A stretch of 64,000 nucleotides of DNA from an uncultured Candidatus Micrarchaeota archaeon (GCA_963760615.1 CAVXDX010000012.1:1-64000); one strand, 5' to 3'. Numbered from the stretch's first letter, positions 29,949 to 37,364 are shown. Notes: a model not told the origin generated them from the letters alone. Translations and numbers: made by a program.

Positions 29949-31250
29949 ATGCCAGAAGCGCACAAGAAAGCAGTCTATACGCAGTCCTTGATAGACAACC
30001 CTAAGCTTTCAGAAGACAAGGTAACCGGTGAGTTCAAGGGATTCCCACTAGAATACAGGAACGGCGTGATATACCTAAGCAAGGAATACCACCACATACA
30101 TGCAATTATAGAGTGGTGGGATGAGGGAACGAAGGATTTTATCAAGAGACCGGTGGTATTCGATTCAGTCAAGGTTACTGCGGAATTCAGGGGGAAGGAA
30201 TTCGCACATGGATTCTACGGGGAGGATATAACAATTGACTGCGGTTACGCCACTGCGGAATTCAAGCTTGACGGGAAGAAGTACAAGGTGGATTACGGCA
30301 TATTTGAAGGCGACAATTCTAGTTGGTATCTGAACTACTACTCGGACTTCGACAATGACAAGAAAAGACTGTATTTCATGCGTCATTTCAACAGCAGAGT
30401 CATGGATGATTTCGTCCCATTCAGGGACCATGGGCTTGTGGATGTCCTCAGGTTTGACAAGCATGTTGCTCCGCTCTTCGAAATTGAGCTGGAAACAAGA
30501 AAGAAAAAGCATGAACTGGTTGAAGACTTGAAGCTGGAGGCGCAACAGATTGGCAGGCAATACGACATAGAAAGAAACCCCCTTCCTCTGCAGCCGATAT
30601 TCAAGAGGGCCAAGGAAGCAGGGGTGGTTGATAAACTCATAGGCGGACTGAGGAGGTGGGCCATGGACAGAAGAGAGCACATGTCAGATTGGGGAGAGGA
30701 GACGAGGTGGGTTTCGATTGAAGAGATTGCAAGCGGAAGGAGAAGGGAGAGCTTTGAGGACTTGGCAAGGAGGACTCAGGCAGAGAGGCTTGACAAGATA
30801 GCAGATGCGCTTCAGAAGTTCAACCAGAAACCCACTAAACAGCAGGAGAAGGAATCTGCGGAATGGCTTGCCTTCGACAATGCGTTGAAGAAGGTTGATG
30901 GAATGATGGCTGAGGAAAAGGACTGGAGCAGGGATACTGGTAAATTTGCCGCTCGTGTCATTGAGGAGATAAAGCCCATATGCGAGCCGAGAAAGTTTGC
31001 GGAAACCCTGAAAAGACTCATGGAGTTCAAGAAGGATGATGGAGTGGTTGAGCAACTCTCTGCACTTTACAGCCCTATGTATTTCAGGAACTTCATCAGA
31101 ATGATGGGTGGGGATATCAGCAATGAGGAACTTGAGGAGCTGTTCGGAAAGGGAAAGGAGCGCCTGGGAGAGTATGTGAGAGGCGTGGCTGATGAGACCA
31201 AGGGGAGGGAGCTTCTTCTTTTGAGCGAGGAGATTCTGAAGAGATGCTGA
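29949..31250 (+). CDS. Hypothetical protein
   Basis: ~433-aa ORF; start MPEAHKK inferred from TATA spacing. Confidence 0.6.
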   Translation: MPEAHKKAVYTQSLIDNPKLSEDKVTGEFKGFPLEYRNGVIYLSKEYHHIHAIIEWWDEGTKDFIKRPVVFDSVKVTAEFRGKEFAHGFYGEDITIDCGYATAEFKLDGKKYKVDYGIFEGDNSSWYLNYYSDFDNDKKRLYFMRHFNSRVMDDFVPFRDHGLVDVLRFDKHVAPLFEIELETRKKKHELVEDLKLEAQQIGRQYDIERNPLPLQPIFKRAKEAGVVDKLIGGLRRWAMDRREHMSDWGEETRWVSIEEIASGRRRESFEDLARRTQAERLDKIADALQKFNQKPTKQQEKESAEWLAFDNALKKVDGMMAEEKDWSRDTGKFAARVIEEIKPICEPRKFAETLKRLMEFKKDDGVVEQLSALYSPMYFRNFIRMMGGDISNEELEELFGKGKERLGEYVRGVADETKGRELLLLSEEILKRC

Positions 31251-31371
31251 ACAGCCAGCACACGGGCTCCTGACAGGAAGTTTGGGAGGGGGCAGCAGAC
31301 GATTAGCGGAAAGTTACCCCTTGCCAATGTTTTTAAACGACAAACCTAGTATCAATACAGAGGCGGGGTAA

Positions 31372-31818
31372 TTGGATGTTCTTTTAGATACAAATGTCTA
31401 CCTGGCGCATATAAAAGGTGAAATGCAGGGCTCTCATGCAAAAATTATACTGGAAAGGGTGGCAGCAGGGGAGCTTGCCCTTTGCTACAACGGCATAATC
31501 CGGATGGAAATAGAGAGAAAGTATGGGTATTACCTAGAACCGTTTTGCGCCATACTCGAAGAGCTGAGAAAATTAGGCAGAGTTGTGGATGTTGAAATCA
31601 CAAATGAGATGAGTGAAAAGGCAATACAACTCGATAGGAAGCTGATAAAATACAGAAGAGGAAAGGAAGAAAGATTCGGAAAGATTGATTGCTTGCTGAT
31701 ACTTCTTGCAAAGAAACATGGATGCATGCTTGTGACTATTGAGAAAGAATTAATTGAAGCCGCAAGAGAAGAGGGAGTCAAGGCAGTCAGTCCAATGGAT
31801 CTAGCGATGAGTTTCTAG
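31372..31818 (+). CDS. PIN-domain (VapC-like) nuclease
   Basis: LLDTNV, E, IDCLL..LA, LVTIE acidic tetrad. Confidence 0.85.
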   Translation: MDVLLDTNVYLAHIKGEMQGSHAKIILERVAAGELALCYNGIIRMEIERKYGYYLEPFCAILEELRKLGRVVDVEITNEMSEKAIQLDRKLIKYRRGKEERFGKIDCLLILLAKKHGCMLVTIEKELIEAAREEGVKAVSPMDLAMSF

Positions 31819-32130
31819 GTTCGCTTCCTTTATGAGCATGCCCAGAGCTTTACGTTCATTGTTATCCGCCCTCTTTAGAAAATCTTTCCACAACGATTTT
31901 CTGGCTGCCCTTCCTAGTTTTGCTGCGCTCTTTGCTCTATCTCGTTTAACACTCCCGAAAGTCTCCTCAATAATCTTTAATGCCCTTTGTCTTAAAAGTT
32001 CAGTCTTTCCTAATTTACTCATATCTTTTACGGCCTCACTTCTAGAGGTATAGTATCCTTCTTTAACCAGAATATCTATCTCCTCAACGTCTTTTACTGC
32101 ATACCGAACTGGTACGACAATGGATTTCAT
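31801..32130 (-). CDS. Ribbon-helix-helix (CopG-like) putative antitoxin
   Basis: V.VR....EID.LVKEGYYTSRSEAV; palindrome TGTATAC-N6-GTATACA (32131-50) abuts the start. Confidence 0.7.
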   Translation of the reverse strand: MKSIVVPVRYAVKDVEEIDILVKEGYYTSRSEAVKDMSKLGKTELLRQRALKIIEETFGSVKRDRAKSAAKLGRAARKSLWKDFLKRADNNERKALGMLIKEANLETHR

Positions 32131-32287
32131 TGTATACTAAAGCGTATACAGTATTTAAAAGCTTTTGCTGTTCGTATTAAGCCGAATTGTTATTTCATCA
32201 AGATTGATAGAATGACCAAGAGGGACGGGGGAATGTAACCCGGGTTACAAAGCAGGCTTAAATATCGGGAAAGGCATAATTTAAGGC

Positions 32288-32455
32288 ATGACAGAGGCAA
32301 AAAAGCCGGCTGCCAGCATGAGAAAAGATATAGAGCGGCAGCAGGAGAAGATGAGGGAGCTGTTCGACGAGCTCAAAGAAACCGTGAGCAAACCCAAATG
32401 GGATGAGAAGCCGAAGGGGTTCTTCACCGCGCTTGAGAAAAAGCTCGGCAACTAA
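32288..32455 (+). CDS. Small hypothetical protein (55 aa)
   Basis: Hand-translated MTEAKKPAASMRKDIERQQEKMRELFDELKE...LGN*; TATA and AAAGGCATAATTTA motif upstream. Confidence 0.55.
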   Translation: MTEAKKPAASMRKDIERQQEKMRELFDELKETVSKPKWDEKPKGFFTALEKKLGN

Positions 32456-32657
32456 CCTTAAGGCAACGGATATAATACACTTTGTCACGGCGGGTGAATC
32501 AAAATGTAACATTATACTGACTTCAGATGATGACTTTATTTCAGAAGGTACAAGATTTCTAAAGATGAAAAAAGAAGATGACAAGCTAAAGTTCTGTAAG
32601 CCTATCGAAAAGAATGTGCTAGATGCAGTTGATAATCTCACTAAAAAAGTTCCTTAA
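32456..32657 (+). pseudogene. C-terminal fragment of a PIN-domain gene
   Basis: LKATDIIHFVTA..KCNIILTSDDDF with no N-terminal half or credible start. Confidence 0.6.
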
Positions 32658-32692
32658 AGTATATAGATTTTTGTGTATAATATAGCATCCGT

Positions 32693-33020
32693 GAATCACT
32701 CGAAACCGTCCGGTTTTGCCAGAAAAAGCAAAAAAAGCGGTAAAATCCGGCAGAACAGGCAGTATCTCTCCAACTTCTTCAAAAATCCTGAAAAGCCAGC
32801 CTAGACCGGAGAAGCCGGCTCAGGCGTAAGCCTCTTCCGGCTGCGCCAAAGCGCAGCAAGTGTTAGTTTGACCGTTTCACGATGAAGAGAAAAAGCAGGT
32901 GAAACGGTAACCGATGCTGCTCAGACGTAAGCATATTCCGAACTGCCTACCGTTTCGACCGATTCTACAGACGTGTTTTATACCCTAGCAGAAATTTGAA
33001 AAAAAGCAGAAAGCTTACGC
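32693..33020 (+). ncRNA. Putative structured ncRNA of unknown family
   Basis: Long-range closing stems and at least five internal hairpins; repeated 14-mer and A-rich loop motifs; GU pair and GUAA loop favour + strand. Confidence 0.55.
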
Positions 33021-33053
33021 TATACTCGCAGTCAATGACTACTGCCCACCTCC

Positions 33054-33254
33054 CTACTTACTCAGAGCTTTTGCTATTACTATCAGAACTGGTGTTATGA
33101 TTGTCAGTGCTACTGCAGCTGTTATAACTTGTAGTATCTGAGAACCTAGTGGATTACTGGTTGTTATTAGATAGAGTGCTGCTAGTACGATGATTGCAAC
33201 TGTTCCACTTGCAATTCCAATTCCAAATATCTTCAGTGAACTCATGCCTTTCAC
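33054..33254 (-). CDS. Small two-TM hydrophobic protein
   Basis: 63-66 aa, two hydrophobic helices, SD-like GGAGGTGA and TATA-like TTTAAA upstream. Confidence 0.55.
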   Translation of the reverse strand: MKGMSSLKIFGIGIASGTVAIIVLAALYLITTSNPLGSQILQVITAAVALTIITPVLIVIAKALSK

Positions 33255-33574
33255 CTCCAGCCCTTACTCGCTAGAAAGGTTTTTAAATCGCCTCTTACAA
33301 AACTAGTAACAGTTATGTAAGAGGTGGTAGCGGGAGAGGTCATGGTTACACGTGTACCCTCCCCCATCTCTTTCTAGTTTTCAAAACTGCTATAATTTTG
33401 GAAGTAAAAGTTTTAATAACATATTGTCCAACAAATTCAGTCGCTCCGACGAGAAGATGCCGGAATGTGAGTTCTGCTGGTTCAATCGAAGTATTTTATA
33501 CCCGAATTGAAGATGCTGGTTTTTGTGCGAGTTGAGAGGCAGATATTTAAACCGAAAAATGCATAACTTATTCC

Positions 33575-33816
33575 GAGTGATGAGCCGGCAGCTTTCCCGC
33601 AAGGGAGGAAGTTCCACCCATCGCGAAGGCTGAGGGAACCTAAGGTTCGGACGGGAACAGAAACGAGACTGGCCGATTCAGATGAGGATGAAGCAATGAG
33701 ATGGGTCGAGCCGGGTGAAACGCGCCCGTCGCAAAAGCAGGATGTGCGATGCAAGGCCTTTGAGCCGCTTAGTCCAATGCTGTCTAAAACAAAAGGTGGG
33801 CTATGGCTCGTCACTC
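33575..33816 (+). ncRNA. rnpB: RNase P RNA
   Basis: P1 GAGTGATGAGCC/GGCTCGTCACTC, P2 GGCAGC/GCTGTC, P3 TCCC-GCAA-GGGA, CR-I GAGGAAGTTCCACC, ACAGAAAC, TGAAAC, CR-V ACAAAAGGTGGGCTA; TATA ~24 nt upstream. Confidence 0.92.
33770..33816 (+). repeat. 47-bp direct repeat copy 1 (rnpB 3' end; putative attL)
   Basis: TAGTCCAATGCTGTCTAAAACAAAAGGTGGGCTATGGCTCGTCACTC, identical at 35010-35056. Confidence 0.92.
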
Positions 33817-34326
33817 TTTCTGCTTGCTTGGCTTCTTTATGACAGGTTTTTCCTCTGGCTTTGTTTTCTGTAAAGTAAGCGCAAGCGACCATCCGATGGT
33901 TACTCCGCAGACCCACAAAAACCCGAAGATTATAGGACTGATGTCGGAATGGTATATCGGGCACGCATCCAAAATTCCAAATAGGGGTTTGTTGTATGGC
34001 CTTCCGGAGGTGCAGTGGAAAATGAATGGTATCAGCGCCAGTATGGCAATGAAGAAAAGGAAAGTGAGAATCCCGCTGGCAATCAGATCTATTGAATCCA
34101 GATGGTATATTCTCACCGCAGCGTAGCCGCCGCTGATAAAAATGATAAGGACAGCCAGCAGATACCCGAAGTAAAAGTTGCTTCCAAATGCAAATTGAGA
34201 GTAGCCCGGGAGAGAATCGTACATGGGCTCGGTTATTGCGTATATGAGAAATATCAAAGCCACTGGAATAAGCGATGCTTTCAGCATTTTCTTCCATTCC
34301 ATGAGACCACCCATCAGATATGCCAT
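33811..34326 (-). CDS. Hypothetical four-TM membrane protein
   Basis: 171-aa hydrophobic ORF with TATA TTTATAAA upstream; stop codon overlaps rnpB 3' end. Confidence 0.65.
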   Translation of the reverse strand: MAYLMGGLMEWKKMLKASLIPVALIFLIYAITEPMYDSLPGYSQFAFGSNFYFGYLLAVLIIFISGGYAAVRIYHLDSIDLIASGILTFLFFIAILALIPFIFHCTSGRPYNKPLFGILDACPIYHSDISPIIFGFLWVCGVTIGWSLALTLQKTKPEEKPVIKKPSKQKE

Positions 34327-34378
34327 TCCGAGATTTATAAAGTTTCACACCGGGGGCTTTTTTTCCAGCAGAATGCGC

Positions 34379-34699
34379 TTATAACTCCGTATGGATTACC
34401 TTGAGGAGCAGACCGTCCTTTATCTTTTCGAACAGCACAAGGTCCTTGTCATGAATCTTCTCCTCCTCAACCAGCTTCTCAGGCAGTGTGACCACTTTTG
34501 AATGCCCCACCACCCTCACCCTCCTGGCCAACGACTTCCTCCTGCCGGTCAGGACTTCCCACCTCAGCATTTCGCTTGAGGGAAAGAAGGTCTCGGAGCA
34601 GCCCTGGCACTTCCATCCTCTAATCCTGACGCCTTCGCTTACTTCCGTGTATTTTTTCAACGGTCCTTTGCAGATTGCGCATCTTTCCATAAACATCAC
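34379..34699 (-). CDS. Putative antitoxin: YgiT/MqsA-type Zn finger plus AbrB/MazE-like domain
   Basis: CAIC..CQGC.E.F followed by VRVVGHSKVVTLP. Confidence 0.75.
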   Translation of the reverse strand: MMFMERCAICKGPLKKYTEVSEGVRIRGWKCQGCSETFFPSSEMLRWEVLTGRRKSLARRVRVVGHSKVVTLPEKLVEEEKIHDKDLVLFEKIKDGLLLKVIHTEL

Positions 34700-34950
34700 C
34701 TCACAAGCTTCAGATGAATTAATATAATCTCCTTGTCAGTTTCGGCATAGACAAGCTCCCAAACTCCATTTTTTGCTTTCCTCTCAACCCTTACCTTCTC
34801 CTTGGATTCCTTCTCATGCTCTCCTTTCTCCAGGATTTCCAGAACAAAATCCAGATTTTTCCTGTATATGTTGTAAAGTTCATTCTTGAAATGCCCTGTC
34901 TCAATCAAATCTTTGTTCTTGAATCGCAGCTCTTCAGGCATATATCTCAA
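34696..34950 (-). CDS. Putative toxin (DUF4258/RelE-like)
   Basis: 84 aa, TGHF..E..LEILEKG..ELVYAE..ILIH; overlaps the antitoxin start. Confidence 0.55.
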   Translation of the reverse strand: MRYMPEELRFKNKDLIETGHFKNELYNIYRKNLDFVLEILEKGEHEKESKEKVRVERKAKNGVWELVYAETDKEIILIHLKLVR

Positions 34951-35009
34951 CTGAGTAAAGTATATACTCTTGGATATTTATATATCTTTCTATAATTGAG
35001 GCTTTGCTG

Positions 35010-35056
35010 TAGTCCAATGCTGTCTAAAACAAAAGGTGGGCTATGGCTCGTCACTC
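35010..35056 (+). repeat. 47-bp direct repeat copy 2 (rnpB 3' fragment; putative attR)
   Basis: Identical to 33770-33816. Confidence 0.92.
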
Positions 35057-35073
35057 ATTATTGTTTATTGTGT

Positions 35074-35949
35074 TCAGGCGATTCCGTACTGTTTTTTTAT
35101 CTCCTCGAAAGTAGGCAGGGCAAACTCCTTTCTTGCTTTTACTACTTCCTGAAAATCCTCAGGATTGACCCCGAGCTTCTTGGCTATGTCCTTCACATCT
35201 AACAGCTTAACCTTTGAAAGCTTTACTACTCCGAACCAGTGCATCGCCCTCACGTCATCCCAGAGAAGCTCGCCATTGGGGTTTTTCGCCAGCTCTTCTA
35301 TTATCTCCTTCCTGGCTGCATAAATCTTGTCGTCATCCCCGAGAATCCTGTTGTTGAAAAAAAGAAAGATTTTCGCAAACGTGACTTCCTCCATGTCTTC
35401 AGATTTTTTGCTGCCATCTGAAGGTTTGAAATTTCTTATTCTCTCTTTTGTTTCCTCAAGTTCGAAGATACGACCTCTGAGTTTCATGTTTTCATCTCCA
35501 AACTCGTGCATCACCAAGCTCGTTTCATGGTTATTGCTCTCATCCCTCAGTAGGACATGCACATCAACATCGCTCCTTGCCCCTGCGGTTCCTTTTGCCC
35601 AGCTCCCCATAAATGAAAGTCCTATAAACTTGTCCCCGTTAATGAATTTTAGCGCTTTCTCAGCTCTCCCCAGCAGCTCTATGAGTTCTTCATAGCGCTG
35701 TTTTTCCAAAGCAGTGCCCTTTCTACCTATAAACTCCGGGTATTCGGCTGACTTGAGGACTTCCGCCCTTGCGGCCTGCTTCAGCTCATTCTTGAATGAC
35801 TTCGTGAGAAACTTTTCAGCAGCAGCCCTTTCGTCATCTGACAGGATGCTTTTCTTCAGGGCTTCCTTGAAGTCTGAGCCTATCTCATCCCTGAGTTTTT
35901 GCTCTATCTGCTTGTCCTTTGAAATTTTCTGCATGTCTAGATTAGGCAT
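35074..35949 (-). CDS. Pol-beta-superfamily nucleotidyltransferase domain protein
   Basis: MGSWAKG.A...SDVDVHV motif. Confidence 0.72.
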   Translation of the reverse strand: MPNLDMQKISKDKQIEQKLRDEIGSDFKEALKKSILSDDERAAAEKFLTKSFKNELKQAARAEVLKSAEYPEFIGRKGTALEKQRYEELIELLGRAEKALKFINGDKFIGLSFMGSWAKGTAGARSDVDVHVLLRDESNNHETSLVMHEFGDENMKLRGRIFELEETKERIRNFKPSDGSKKSEDMEEVTFAKIFLFFNNRILGDDDKIYAARKEIIEELAKNPNGELLWDDVRAMHWFGVVKLSKVKLLDVKDIAKKLGVNPEDFQEVVKARKEFALPTFEEIKKQYGIA

Positions 35950-36125
35950 TTCTTTCTATTTAATCTTGCCTCCCCCCCAACAACCAAATTAACCAGTAAG
36001 ATTTCCCACCGGGGGCTTTTTTCCAGTTATGTAACCATGGTTACATTGCCTTGACACGGATTTATTTTGTTACAGTAACAAAAAATGCCTCTTTTCGTGC
36101 TGATTTTGTTATAATAACAAATTAA

Positions 36126-36407
36126 CTAGTCCGCCCCGCACCAGAATCCGCCGTACTTCTTTATGTACTTCTCCTCCTGCTTGAAATGCTTCCTGCAGAG
36201 GTAGCTCCATCCCGAGTCCTTTCCGATGTGGTAAACCTCCTTGAATGGTTCATCGGTGCAGCCCTTATAATCGCAGAAATGCCCCTCCATGTATCTTCTG
36301 GCGCATTTCTCGGAGCAGAACTCGCCGTATTTCTTCAGGGAGACTGCCTTCCTGCCCGTTTTTCCATCGCACCATCTGCACTCTCTTTCTCTACGCATGG
36401 TATGCAA
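36126..36407 (-). CDS. Small Cys/His-rich Zn-finger protein
   Basis: CRWC..FCSEKC and CDYKGC..LCRKH. Confidence 0.5.
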   Translation of the reverse strand: MHTMRRERECRWCDGKTGRKAVSLKKYGEFCSEKCARRYMEGHFCDYKGCTDEPFKEVYHIGKDSGWSYLCRKHFKQEEKYIKKYGGFWCGAD

Positions 36408-36750
36408 CTGCCTTTATCGATTTCCTATGGGCCGCTCCTTCACCGACGGATTGTCTTATCAGCGCAAGCTCTATCTTCTTTATTTCTTGCACTATTGGGC
36501 TTGCCTCGTTGAGCTGGTAGAGCTTTATCCTGCCAATCTGCCTTGTCACTTTCATTATGTTCCTTTCCTCAAGCCTGTCCCAGTATTTGTACAGGGTCGT
36601 CCAGCCAACTCCCGAGCCATTTGCTATTTCCTTCTTGGTGAAATCCCGCAGTCTGTTCTCCAGTAGGAAATCAATTATTCTGAATAATGGCGTGTCCCCG
36701 AAAAATTCAAGAAGAAGGGAACTACCACCGCTAGGGTCGCCAAGACTCAC
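36391..36750 (-). CDS. Winged helix-turn-helix protein
   Basis: FFGDTP..RIIDFL..FTKKEIA..GVGWTTLY..R.IGRIKLYQLN. Confidence 0.75.
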   Translation of the reverse strand: MSLGDPSGGSSLLLEFFGDTPLFRIIDFLLENRLRDFTKKEIANGSGVGWTTLYKYWDRLEERNIMKVTRQIGRIKLYQLNEASPIVQEIKKIELALIRQSVGEGAAHRKSIKAVAYHA

Positions 36751-36896
36751 TTATATCACCTCTAAGCATTATTATTAACAGTTAATAGTTAACACACAAA
36801 AGTATTTAAATGTTCGCTAATAAATATATGAGCATTCTTCAAAAAGAACAGTTGGAGAGTAGTCTGAGGTGACCGTGACTCCAACGGAGAATACGT

Positions 36897-37187
36897 ATGA
36901 GTGAGATTGACAGGGCATATTCAAAAGAAGAGCTTAAGGCGCACATTCTCTATAAGCTTGCAAGGAGGAGGATGTGGGGAGGCAAACACCTCCCGATTAT
37001 GTATGTCCGTTCTGGAATTCCTCAGAAATATTTGAGTCAGTTAGATGAGATTGCGAAGGAACTTATAAATGAAGGACTTCTCATTCAAGCTCCGAAAACA
37101 GGCCAGCTTCATGTCTCACTCAATCCGCGTATGAAGAGGGAAATAATTGAGCTGATTGAAAGACATTTCGGAAAAGTTTACTGGTGA
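36897..37187 (+). CDS. Hypothetical protein divergent from the HTH gene
   Basis: 96 aa, ILYKLARRRMWGGKH..KELINEGLL..VSLNP. Confidence 0.6.
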   Translation: MSEIDRAYSKEELKAHILYKLARRRMWGGKHLPIMYVRSGIPQKYLSQLDEIAKELINEGLLIQAPKTGQLHVSLNPRMKREIIELIERHFGKVYW

Positions 37188-37240
37188 AACACGAGCCACT
37201 CACCCTTTTAAATTTTCTATTTCACAACTAATACGCCAAG

Positions 37241-37364
37241 GCCAAGGTAGCTCAGCTTGGTTAGAGCACCAGACTCATAAGCTCAGCTTCATGAGTGATG
37301 AGCGCTATGCGCGATGATATGCTGCGTAATCTGGGTGTCGCGAGTTCAAATCTCGCCCTTGGCA
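37241..37364 (+). tRNA. tRNA-Met(CAT), elongator type, with 49-nt intron at 37/38 (37280-37328)
   Basis: GCCAAGG/CCTTGGC+A acceptor, CCAGA/TCTGG anticodon stem, lacks initiator A1-U72. Confidence 0.9.

Larger units (their letters stand above)
33770..35056. mobile_element. Putative 1.24-kb integrative islet at rnpB 3' end (no integrase)
   Basis: Flanked by perfect duplication of rnpB 3' end; carries a membrane-protein gene and a TA pair. Confidence 0.6.

Noticed and set aside
32691-32804. 37-codon GTG-started ORF inside the structured region
   Set aside because: No SD, short, and overlaps well-paired stems; cannot be supported
32693-33020. Structured region as SRP RNA, hammerhead ribozyme or group I/II intron
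   Set aside because: No helix-8 GGAA/AGCAG motif, no CUGAUGA core, no P7 or domain V consensus
33482-33810. Long minus-strand ORF 33482-34348
   Set aside because: Antisense to the RNase P RNA and out of frame with the credible 33811-34326 gene; composition not protein-like
33770-35056. 47-bp repeats as CRISPR repeats or integron attC sites
   Set aside because: Only two copies 1.24 kb apart, no attC palindrome, and the sequence is the rnpB 3' end
34343-36026. GGGGG..TTCCAG motif as an ORB replication-origin box
   Set aside because: G-string is on the wrong side of the TTCCAG/GGAAA core, and no orc1/cdc6 gene is nearby
27871-37240. tRNA-Met as att site for the whole accessory region (ATACGCCA at ~27872 and ~37231)
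   Set aside because: Only 8 bp, outside the tRNA, and no integrase
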